Below are positions 56,494 to 64,000 of a DNA stretch of 64,000 nt, piece by piece; positions within the stretch are counted from its first letter, which is position 1; each line of letters starts with the position of its first letter. The translations under genes were made by a program, and so were the position numbers. This DNA is from Escherichia phage PC3, in the sequence record ON184125; one strand, written 5' to 3'. The notes under the pieces are model-generated. The model saw only the letters and a program-made list of their open reading frames with translations. It was not told the DNA's origin and ran no database searches.

Positions 56494-56819
56494 TGAAATG
56501 TAAAATCCTGCTCTTGTTGGTACTGATAGCCGGGTGTGTAAATGCCGCGCCACCGTCTAAACTGAACACATGTGTGGCATGGATGGAGACGTATCAGCAG
56601 TTCCACCCAGATGACAAAGACACATCTATCCTCCTGTCCGACTTCGAGGGGGAGCTGAAGCGCCTTGATCTGTTCAGTGTTGATCAGATAGAGAATGCGC
56701 TGGATCTTCCCATGATGCTGACTGCGGCTGATAACAGTCCACAAACGAAGAAAGACCTGATGTATTGCCGGGGAATTGCCCAGGACTTTGTCGGATTTCA
56801 AAATAAAGTTTCGGGTTAA
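56490..56819 (+). CDS. Predicted lipoprotein (lipobox LIAGC)
   Basis: MMKCKILLLLVLIAGCVNA leader; start overlaps the previous stop. Confidence 0.5.
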   Translation: MMKCKILLLLVLIAGCVNAAPPSKLNTCVAWMETYQQFHPDDKDTSILLSDFEGELKRLDLFSVDQIENALDLPMMLTAADNSPQTKKDLMYCRGIAQDFVGFQNKVSG

Positions 56820-56858
56820 AATTTAGCCCTACATTGTGAACTGAAGGAATACACTGTG

Positions 56859-57725
56859 ATGCTCCTGACCAAAACAATCGCTGCGGCGATTATCGAAAAG
56901 AATAAGGCTTTTGCCCCCAACGCAGCCAAAGTTATGTTGGTACACGAAGACGCTCGCGTGATCTTCGCCGAGAAGTTCGAGATGGGCGCGAAGTTCTGGT
57001 ATGCCGACAACTTACGTGAGAGCAAACTTCAGGGTATCATCCACAAACTGACTCTGGTCGCCAAGCGTAATGACCAGGGTGACTGGGTCGGCGTTTCTGA
57101 CTTCAGTACGAAGATCACCCCAAAGGCTCCGCTTTCTCGTCAAGAGCGCATTCTGGAAGCCCAGGAAAAGCTGCGTGCGGCTCGGAGTACCCCAAAGGCG
57201 AAACCAGATGCAAGCCCTGTCATCAAGCCAGCGGTTGTTCCTAAGTCCAAATACCTCCCGCCCGTGAGTCAAAAGGCTGTGGAGCAATTGGTCGAGAAGC
57301 GCAAGGGTGACGTTGTGATGAAGTCTGACTCTTCAGTGGAGTCGTTCAAGCCGGATCCAGCAGAAGTACAGGCGCTAGCAGAAAAGGTAAAGAATTCACA
57401 ATTCATTTCCCTGCGTGAACTTGAACCGCCTACTCGCCGTCGTGTCGCCAACGAGCTGTTTGTGTCGTTCAGGTCGGATGGCAAGATCGTCCTGTGCAAA
57501 GCCCTGCGCGATGCAATCCCTTGGACAACTCTGAACATGATGGTCACTCGCGACTTCAAGCGTTTTGGTATCATGCAAGGCAAGGACTACAACGTGAACC
57601 AGAGTGGGACTTATGTCAATCGCGCCATGTGCTCTAAGCTGTCATTCCCTGAAGATACCGGAACGATCCGTGTCGTTCTGAATTGGGATGACAATCTGAA
57701 CATGTATGTTGGCGATTTCCAATAA
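56859..57725 (+). CDS. Hypothetical protein (288 aa)
   Basis: ORF with gaaggaa SD. Confidence 0.45.
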   Translation: MLLTKTIAAAIIEKNKAFAPNAAKVMLVHEDARVIFAEKFEMGAKFWYADNLRESKLQGIIHKLTLVAKRNDQGDWVGVSDFSTKITPKAPLSRQERILEAQEKLRAARSTPKAKPDASPVIKPAVVPKSKYLPPVSQKAVEQLVEKRKGDVVMKSDSSVESFKPDPAEVQALAEKVKNSQFISLRELEPPTRRRVANELFVSFRSDGKIVLCKALRDAIPWTTLNMMVTRDFKRFGIMQGKDYNVNQSGTYVNRAMCSKLSFPEDTGTIRVVLNWDDNLNMYVGDFQ

Positions 57726-57781
57726 TCAATAACCTCGGGCGGCTTATCATAAAGCTGCCCTTTCATTTGAGTGACTATATC

Positions 57782-58444
57782 ATGGAAAAACTTTATTCTA
57801 TTATCGTCGGTCCTGATCCTGACGGATTATTCTTCGCCCCGTTGTCTTATATTGCCCACGCCCGTATCGGTAGCCATTACGCATATTGCACACGTGGCCA
57901 CGACGGTTCCAATATCCTCCATTATAGCCGCCTGAACGATTTCCTGGCACTTCAACCAGAAGATGTTGTGCTGGCGCGTCGCGTGTTCATCGACTTCAAC
58001 GCGATGCACAACAACGAAATCGACGCTCGCTATCATGCCATGCGTTCTATGGAAGGGGGAGACTGCATTTATCGTATCGACCATTTTAGTGAGTTTACCG
58101 AATGTATTGATTGGTTTATCTCTGATAAAGTGATGGGTGAAAGAATCGTCACAACTTCGTGGGTACATGCGGAACAACTTCGTGTGTCTACCGATGCATA
58201 CAAAGAAGTCGAAAATCTGTGCAACAAGTTCCGCATCTCGGTGGCCTGTAATCAAGACCTGGGCGAAGAGATACAATGGACAGCTGAGTCTCCTCATTTC
58301 AGTGGCCTGGTGATGACGGCCGAAACCCGTTCCCGTGCTGTTGTCCAGTTAGTACTCTGGGCGTTCTACCAGCGCACCCCGTTCTCATACATGGGACAGA
58401 AAGAGATTGATGAACTCCTGAAGTCTCACGCGGTGGAGGTGTGA
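57782..58444 (+). CDS. Hypothetical protein (220 aa)
   Basis: ORF. Confidence 0.45.
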   Translation: MEKLYSIIVGPDPDGLFFAPLSYIAHARIGSHYAYCTRGHDGSNILHYSRLNDFLALQPEDVVLARRVFIDFNAMHNNEIDARYHAMRSMEGGDCIYRIDHFSEFTECIDWFISDKVMGERIVTTSWVHAEQLRVSTDAYKEVENLCNKFRISVACNQDLGEEIQWTAESPHFSGLVMTAETRSRAVVQLVLWAFYQRTPFSYMGQKEIDELLKSHAVEV

Positions 58445-58445
58445 C

Positions 58446-58730
58446 ATGGCTGGCGTATGGTGTGATGTCTTGCTGGTTCGTTACAGCGTAAATGGGTGTG
58501 CCCAAGTGCGTTCCGCCTTCTATCCAGTACCGTTCTCCTCTGGTGGCCTGACGGTTCAGCGAGTTCTCGATATTGAGGCAGAACTGAACAAACGATCTTG
58601 GGGTGTGCGTGGTGTACAAGTCCTGGGGTACGATCTTCTGAACGAAATGTTGATCGATGAAGATCGTGTAGAAACGATTATTTCCCGGACAGACATGGAA
58701 TCATTCATCTCTAAAGGAAACACCCAATAA
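58446..58730 (+). CDS. Hypothetical protein (94 aa)
   Basis: ORF abutting the previous stop. Confidence 0.4.
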   Translation: MAGVWCDVLLVRYSVNGCAQVRSAFYPVPFSSGGLTVQRVLDIEAELNKRSWGVRGVQVLGYDLLNEMLIDEDRVETIISRTDMESFISKGNTQ

Positions 58731-58820
58731 TTTCGCTTTATTCAATATGTTTTGTTAGGTAAGATGTAGTCCTCTTGTAGTGAACATGAAAGTAAACATT
58801 AACCCAACGGAGAAATCCAG

Positions 58821-59099
58821 ATGAATCGTACTGAATTTGTTGCCCACATTGCTTCGACCCAGAATATCACCAAAGGCGAAGCGGAGAAAGTAGTGGCATC
58901 CTTTATCGACGGTGTTAAAACTGCAGTTGCTGCAGGCGCATCTGTACAGCTGGTTGGCTTCGGTGCGTTCGAAGTGAAACACCAAGAAGCGCGTGAAGGT
59001 CGCAACCCTCTGAACGGCCAGACCATTCAGATCGCGGCGAAAAACGTTGTGAAATTCAAAGTGGGCGAAGGTCTGAAGAACGCTGCCAACGGCAAGTAA
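58821..59099 (+). CDS. HU/IHF-family histone-like DNA-binding protein
   Basis: VQLVGFGAFEVKHQEAREGRNPLNGQTIQIAAKNV matches the HU core; followed by a hairpin terminator. Confidence 0.85.
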   Translation: MNRTEFVAHIASTQNITKGEAEKVVASFIDGVKTAVAAGASVQLVGFGAFEVKHQEAREGRNPLNGQTIQIAAKNVVKFKVGEGLKNAANGK

Positions 59100-59147
59100 T
59101 TCTATCTGACGCGCGGCCAGGCTCTGCAATCAGGGTATGGCAAAAGA

Positions 59148-59184
59148 GAAAGCCGGAGTACAATGCTCCGGCTTTTTCGTTCTT
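59148..59184 (+). terminator. Rho-independent terminator after the HU gene
   Basis: aaagccggag-tacaatg-ctccggcttt plus TTTTCGTTCTT. Confidence 0.65.
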
Positions 59185-59227
59185 GGGGATCGGGTAAACT
59201 ATAGGCGAATCCCATAGGAGGAAGAAA

Positions 59228-60946
59228 GTGACAGCATTCAACCAATATACCAAGGCGCTTGACGGCGTCGGACCAGTCAGCATAGACCGCATCAAGTCTC
59301 TTGCCACTGAGTTCTTCCCGTATGACACCGCCAACCCCGGCCAGATGGAATGCATCGTTGAAGCCATTGATGCCCTTGTGAATAAGAAATTCAAACACGT
59401 GATCATCGAGGCTCCGACTGGTGTAGGTAAATCCCTCATCGGCACTACCATCCATAACGTGCTTCGCCATTTGGTTCTTGAGCACAACCCGTATGGTCAG
59501 TTCCGCACGTCTATCACGACGCCGACCAAAGGTTTACAGGATCAGTATGCAGCAGAGAAAGCCGTGGCGATAGACATCCTGAAGGGCAAGAAGAACTATC
59601 GTTGCCACATCAGTCCCGACCTATACTACAACGCCATTCAGTGCCGTATGGCATGCCGTGATGGCCACTGTAGTAAGAATCGTTGCCCATATGTTCAGGC
59701 GCGTAGACAGTGGACCGACGTCTCCTCCCTGCGCTGCACCAACGCCGCCATGATGGTGGAGATGTGTACGACGATTTGTATGAAGCCGGAAAACCGTGCC
59801 GATATGCTGATCCTTGACGAGTGTCATAAGATGCCCTCTACGCTCCTAGAGCATACTATCATGGAATACAACATAAAGGCTGTGGAAGGGTTGCTTACGA
59901 TCCCCGAGGGAGTGCCTATCGTGGAGACCATCAAGGATATCATCATCCGCACAGAGAACTATGAATTGGGCAAGCTGTATTCCCTGTCTGGTGAGATGCA
60001 TGCGATATTTGATGAACTGCACGGCAAGGTTGAATCCCTGTTGGAAACTCTTGAGGAACTGGTAGAGGACGAGCGCCTGACTGAAGCCCAGGTGATGAAG
60101 CTGTCTGATATTATTGATACTCTTCACAACCTCAGCGACTACTGTGGTATCATGGGGCAGACCAACGCCAGCACTTTCATCGTGCAGGAGAAGGACAAGG
60201 GTATGATTCAGTTCAAGCCTGTCATCGCCTCTGATGTATCCCAGTTCGGCCTGTTCCGCAAGGGTGACTACCACGTTCACATGTCGGCTACCATTTGTGG
60301 GATTGACTCGTACGCCCGGTCACTGGGTATCCGCGAGGGTGAGTACCACAAGATACAGATCGGCAACCCTATCCCGATTGAGAACCGGAAAGTCAACTAC
60401 ATGCCCATCATGAAGATGACAGCGAACATGGGTGACTACGAGATGAAGAAGCTGGCTGAATACGTGGATGAAATTATCGCGTTCCACCCTGGGCAGTCTG
60501 GCATCATTCACACAGTCAGTTATGACCGCGCCCTGGCTCTACAAAAGTTCAGTAAGTACCGGAATATGATTCACGTTCCTCGTACTCGTAAGGCTCTGAT
60601 GGACATCATGGAACACGCGTTCAGGACGAAGACACCTTGTGTCATCGCCAGTCCGGCCATGGAAGAGGGGTATGACTTCAAAGGCGATTATAGTCGATTT
60701 CAGATCTTGATCAAGGTGCCATATGATTACCTTGGTGATCCTCTGGTGGCCCACGTCAACAGCGTGGACCCATCGGCGTACTTCAGGATGGCGGTACTGC
60801 GTATCGTTCAGATGTGTGGGCGTTCGGTCAGGGGTGTGAATGACTGGGCTGCGACGTACATCCTTGATTCTTCTTTTGAATCACTGATGATGCGCAACCC
60901 AGAGTTCTTCCCCGCTTGGTTCACTGATGCCGTGTTTGAGGTTTAG
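59228..60946 (+). CDS. DinG/XPD-like (Rad3-family) Fe-S helicase
   Basis: GTG start after AGGAGG; Walker A IEAPTGVGKS, DEAH-like LILDECH, cysteine cluster CHISPD...CRMACRDGHCSKNRCPY between them. Confidence 0.75.
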   Translation: MTAFNQYTKALDGVGPVSIDRIKSLATEFFPYDTANPGQMECIVEAIDALVNKKFKHVIIEAPTGVGKSLIGTTIHNVLRHLVLEHNPYGQFRTSITTPTKGLQDQYAAEKAVAIDILKGKKNYRCHISPDLYYNAIQCRMACRDGHCSKNRCPYVQARRQWTDVSSLRCTNAAMMVEMCTTICMKPENRADMLILDECHKMPSTLLEHTIMEYNIKAVEGLLTIPEGVPIVETIKDIIIRTENYELGKLYSLSGEMHAIFDELHGKVESLLETLEELVEDERLTEAQVMKLSDIIDTLHNLSDYCGIMGQTNASTFIVQEKDKGMIQFKPVIASDVSQFGLFRKGDYHVHMSATICGIDSYARSLGIREGEYHKIQIGNPIPIENRKVNYMPIMKMTANMGDYEMKKLAEYVDEIIAFHPGQSGIIHTVSYDRALALQKFSKYRNMIHVPRTRKALMDIMEHAFRTKTPCVIASPAMEEGYDFKGDYSRFQILIKVPYDYLGDPLVAHVNSVDPSAYFRMAVLRIVQMCGRSVRGVNDWAATYILDSSFESLMMRNPEFFPAWFTDAVFEV

Positions 60947-61710
60947 TAACCCGCAACGAAGGACAGATGGCACTTGACATTCGGTTCCAACGACGTCACA
61001 GAAACCGTCATATTGTCCGTATCTTGGCTGAAGTCAATGGTGGCGAGAGGTTTGGTCTGAATATGGTTGTAGACACTGTAGATCAGATCCTCGCCACGAT
61101 ACCCTACCTTCCCGTCGGTGTCTTGCCAATGACCCAGTGTCTCATCGTAGACATGCACTCTGAACTCGATCATATGGAAGAGTGCCTTGGGGATGTCCTT
61201 GAGTACGCTGGTGCCAACCACGGGAATTTCTATGCTGGAATTATTGGAGTTCCCTTCATAGACCGAAGCCCATGCAAAGGTAGGATCACCCCCAGCAACA
61301 GGGGTTCGCTTCCAGTATTGGAATTCTGGGTTGCCCGAAGCGTTCTTCTGAAGTAGAATGACCTCACCACCTTTGAAGTTCGAGGTATCGATGTCGCCTC
61401 GCTGAAGTTCATCTGCTGGAGATCCAATAAATTTCCAGCCTTCGCGATCCAGTAAAGACTTATAATAGTCGGTGAACACGTTGCTGTCTTCTGCATCGTT
61501 GATGGCATCTTTGAGACCTTGGCCTGTCACCATCTCGTTGAGCTTCAACCACATGTTCTTGACAGCAGAAGCTGCTGCGACTTGTCCAGCAGTCCCACCT
61601 GCAGCATAATCATAGATGATATCTTCTGACTTGATAGCATCATAGATAGAGAGGAGCAATTGCTCAATCTGCGGGGCGGTGAGACTGAAACGATATGCGC
61701 GGGGTGCCAT
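60943..61710 (-). CDS. Hypothetical protein (minus strand, 255 aa)
   Basis: AAGAGGA SD before the ATG at 61710; convergent with the helicase, divergent from RNase H. Confidence 0.5.
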   Translation of the reverse strand: MAPRAYRFSLTAPQIEQLLLSIYDAIKSEDIIYDYAAGGTAGQVAAASAVKNMWLKLNEMVTGQGLKDAINDAEDSNVFTDYYKSLLDREGWKFIGSPADELQRGDIDTSNFKGGEVILLQKNASGNPEFQYWKRTPVAGGDPTFAWASVYEGNSNNSSIEIPVVGTSVLKDIPKALFHMIEFRVHVYDETLGHWQDTDGKVGYRGEDLIYSVYNHIQTKPLATIDFSQDTDNMTVSVTSLEPNVKCHLSFVAGY

Positions 61711-61755
61711 AGTTTCATTCCTCTTTCTATAAAACCAGTTTGGGATATTTATATC

Positions 61756-62283
61756 ATGATAGAAATTTATTCTGACGGGGGTTCTAACCCGAAGACCAAC
61801 CAGGCCGCAGGATGGGCATTTGTCATCAGGCCAATAACGGGTATGCAATGGAAGGTGTTCTTCGGTCATCTACCTCCCCCGTCCACTAACAATATCGCCG
61901 AGTTGTTGGGTGTGACCAACGCATTGAAGCTACTGTGGGCATTCTCAGGAAAGGGTGAGCGCAGAATACCAAAGGCAACAATTTGGTCTGACAGCCAATA
62001 TGCTATCAAGAGCGTCACCGAATGGCGAGCGAAGTGGGAGTATCAGGGTTTCCCAGAAAAGAACGTTGAACTCATCAAAGATCTGTTCAGAATCTATGAT
62101 CTCGTTTGTTCAATTTGTGATGTTGAACTAAAATGGGTTAAGGGTCATGCGGGGCACGAAGGCAACGAACTTGCCGATGACTGGGCCACAGCAGCCAAAA
62201 ACGACAGCAACTTCCTGATTGAGAATGACAAGATCTCGGTGAAGAAGGTTGTTGGATCTTTTGATGAATTTATCGGTATCTGA
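61756..62283 (+). CDS. rnhA: Ribonuclease HI
   Basis: IEIYSDGGSNP, IWSDSQYAIKSV, WVKGHAGHEGNELADDWA match RNase HI catalytic blocks. Confidence 0.85.
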   Translation: MIEIYSDGGSNPKTNQAAGWAFVIRPITGMQWKVFFGHLPPPSTNNIAELLGVTNALKLLWAFSGKGERRIPKATIWSDSQYAIKSVTEWRAKWEYQGFPEKNVELIKDLFRIYDLVCSICDVELKWVKGHAGHEGNELADDWATAAKNDSNFLIENDKISVKKVVGSFDEFIGI

Positions 62284-62294
62284 GGGATTTCATA

Positions 62295-63086
62295 ATGGGA
62301 ATGAACTTCGTGGACAGAGGGGAGAATGTCGTCAAATATTTCACAGACGAAGATAACGAGCGTGTCATCAGTATCCTTCGTGATTGGATCCCTGCTCGTA
62401 AGAAGGCTCTGGCTGAAGGCACCAGGCTTCCAAAGATCCCCAACTATGTTGCTCTACAGGTCCAGCGCATCATCACCAAGATGAGCACCCGCTACAACTA
62501 TCGCGACTATCCCTTCCGTGAAGACATGGTCTCTGAAGCAATAGTCAACATCTTGCGCTACCTCCACACATTTGACGTCGAACACATTGGAAAGAAAGGG
62601 AAGATCAACTTCTTCTCTTGGGTGACCATGTGTGCTGATCGATCATTCGCTCGTAAACTGAATATCGAAGAAGAGCACACGTACATTAAATTGCGCTCAT
62701 TTGAAGAGGCGGGTGGGTTCGCAGGCCTGGCAGACGATCCCGACTTCCAACAAGAGGTCTTTGTTGATGCTACAGGAATTGGCATGGACTTCCGTGAACG
62801 TATCGGCAACTTTGAGAACAAAAAGGACGCTCAAAGGCAGAAGGAACGAGAGAAGGTGGAGGCAGCTCGTCTCGCAGAATCGAATAAAAAGATTGCGAAA
62901 GGCATACTTCAATACATGGCGCAGGCTAAGAATACGGTAACAGCGCAGGCCGAAGACAATTCAGATCAGGACTTCGGCAAAACCCAATTCAATCTGGAAG
63001 ATGATATCTGTGCGATGGAACCAGATTGGGAAGCCCTCAAACAAAGATTAGAAGAACGGGAGAAAAAGAACAATGGCGATTGCTAA
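62295..63086 (+). CDS. gp55: Late-transcription sigma factor gp55-like
   Basis: N-terminal half parallels T4 gp55 (ISILRDW vs IIDWK; NILRYLHTFD vs IKGLHNFD); next to gp47 as in T4. Confidence 0.6.
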   Translation: MGMNFVDRGENVVKYFTDEDNERVISILRDWIPARKKALAEGTRLPKIPNYVALQVQRIITKMSTRYNYRDYPFREDMVSEAIVNILRYLHTFDVEHIGKKGKINFFSWVTMCADRSFARKLNIEEEHTYIKLRSFEEAGGFAGLADDPDFQQEVFVDATGIGMDFRERIGNFENKKDAQRQKEREKVEAARLAESNKKIAKGILQYMAQAKNTVTAQAEDNSDQDFGKTQFNLEDDICAMEPDWEALKQRLEEREKKNNGDC

Positions 63087-64000
63087 AATTGGCGATCTGC
63101 ATATCGGGAGCCGTAATGGTTCTCGATACGTTCGCGACTTCATCAAGAACTATCTCATCAATTATTTCATTCCTGAACTTGCCGACTCTGATATCAAAGA
63201 GGTCTGGCAGTTCGGTGATATGTTTGATGTCCGCAAATTCATGTACGGTCGTGACAAAGACTGGCTGAAGGATGAACTCACCCCTGCATTGAAAGCGGCT
63301 GGTATCAAGTGGAATGGCATCGTGGGTAACCATGACATCACCCTGGAAGAGTCCAACCGCATCAACTGGCCATCCTACCTGAACGAACTCGACCCGGATG
63401 TGTACTGCTATTACAGCGAACCGACCGAAGTGATGATCGAGGGTGTCAAGACTCTGCTGCTGCCTTGGATCAACAAGGAGAACTATGATGCGTCTATTAA
63501 AGCGATACAAGATACAGACGCCGAGTACTGTTTTGCGCATCTGGAGCTGGCGGGGTTCAAAATGTACCAGTCTTCTACTTGTGATCACGGTCAGATCGAC
63601 GTTGCTCTGCTTTCCAAGTTTACCAGGGTCGACACGGGCCATTTCCATACCCGTTCGATGGAAGGTAACATTCAATATATTGGGACTCCATATCACCTGA
63701 ACTGGGAAGACTACAAAGACGGCACTAACCGTGGCTTCTATGTGGACGACATGCGTGGTGGTGAGATCTTTATCCCGAACGCCGAGCACCAGACGCTGTT
63801 CCGCTATGTGGAATATGATTACACCAAGTTGTCCTCTGATGAAGAAGGTAATTGGATCGACCCGGAATGGCTGAACACAGGCTTGGGTATTGAAGGGCAA
63901 ATTGTTAAGGTTATTGTACAGAACCGTGACAATGCTAAGCATTATGAAAAGTTCTGTGATGCGATGAAGCGATGCAAGTGTATTGACTACAACTTCATCG
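63073..64000 (+). CDS. gp47: Recombination endonuclease subunit gp47 (Mre11/SbcD-like), 3' partial
   Basis: GDLHIG, GDMFD, GNHD, HFHT phosphoesterase motifs colinear with T4 gp47; runs off the window end. Confidence 0.8.
   Translation, partial: MAIAKIGDLHIGSRNGSRYVRDFIKNYLINYFIPELADSDIKEVWQFGDMFDVRKFMYGRDKDWLKDELTPALKAAGIKWNGIVGNHDITLEESNRINWPSYLNELDPDVYCYYSEPTEVMIEGVKTLLLPWINKENYDASIKAIQDTDAEYCFAHLELAGFKMYQSSTCDHGQIDVALLSKFTRVDTGHFHTRSMEGNIQYIGTPYHLNWEDYKDGTNRGFYVDDMRGGEIFIPNAEHQTLFRYVEYDYTKLSSDEEGNWIDPEWLNTGLGIEGQIVKVIVQNRDNAKHYEKFCDAMKRCKCIDYNFI

Noticed and set aside
2563-59184. Recurrent cggggN/ccccg hairpins as a possible CRISPR-like or repeat array
   Set aside because: They are isolated, each at a gene 3' end and followed by T-runs; they are intrinsic terminators, not regularly spaced repeats with spacers.
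63037-63942. 301-aa minus-strand ORF
   Set aside because: Antisense to the gp47 gene, which shows conserved phosphoesterase motifs.
1-64000. tRNA or rRNA genes
   Set aside because: No intergenic region showed a cloverleaf-compatible ~75-nt segment by eye; cannot exclude without tRNAscan-SE.

Overview
This 64-kb window reads as part of a large virulent T4-superfamily myovirus genome, almost entirely on the + strand. The first ~10.5 kb holds four consecutive tailspike genes sharing a ~110-aa module, an arrangement known from Ackermannviridae (ViI/CBA120-like) phages; that family assignment is inference, since no search could be run. A 1612-aa structural protein follows, then a T4-like morphogenesis block in conserved order: gp13, gp14, gp15, gp16, gp17 (with a mini-intein in the Walker A P-loop), gp18, gp19, gp20, gp67, gp68, gp21, gp22, gp23. 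Two paralogous homing-endonuclease-like genes sit in this block on opposite strands. Downstream are small late/early genes, UvsY-like and UvsW recombination genes, and the replication-accessory block gp45, a GIY-YIG endonuclease, gp44, gp62, regA. Where T4 has gp43 there is instead a block of large hypothetical proteins, then an early-promoter-driven vWA operon, an ACP-like protein with Glu at the phosphopantetheine Ser position, predicted exported proteins, HU, a DinG/XPD-like Fe-S helicase, RNase H, gp55 and the 5' part of gp47. No rRNA, tRNA or CRISPR array was seen by eye. No canonical defence or anti-defence system was recognised; the strongest candidates for something undescribed are the ACP-like Ser-to-Glu protein with the adjacent vWA operon and exported-protein cluster, the hypothetical enzyme block in place of gp43, the KYGV-repeat endonuclease paralogs, and the repeat-preceded small acidic protein. 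All function calls rest on remembered family motifs and T4 synteny.
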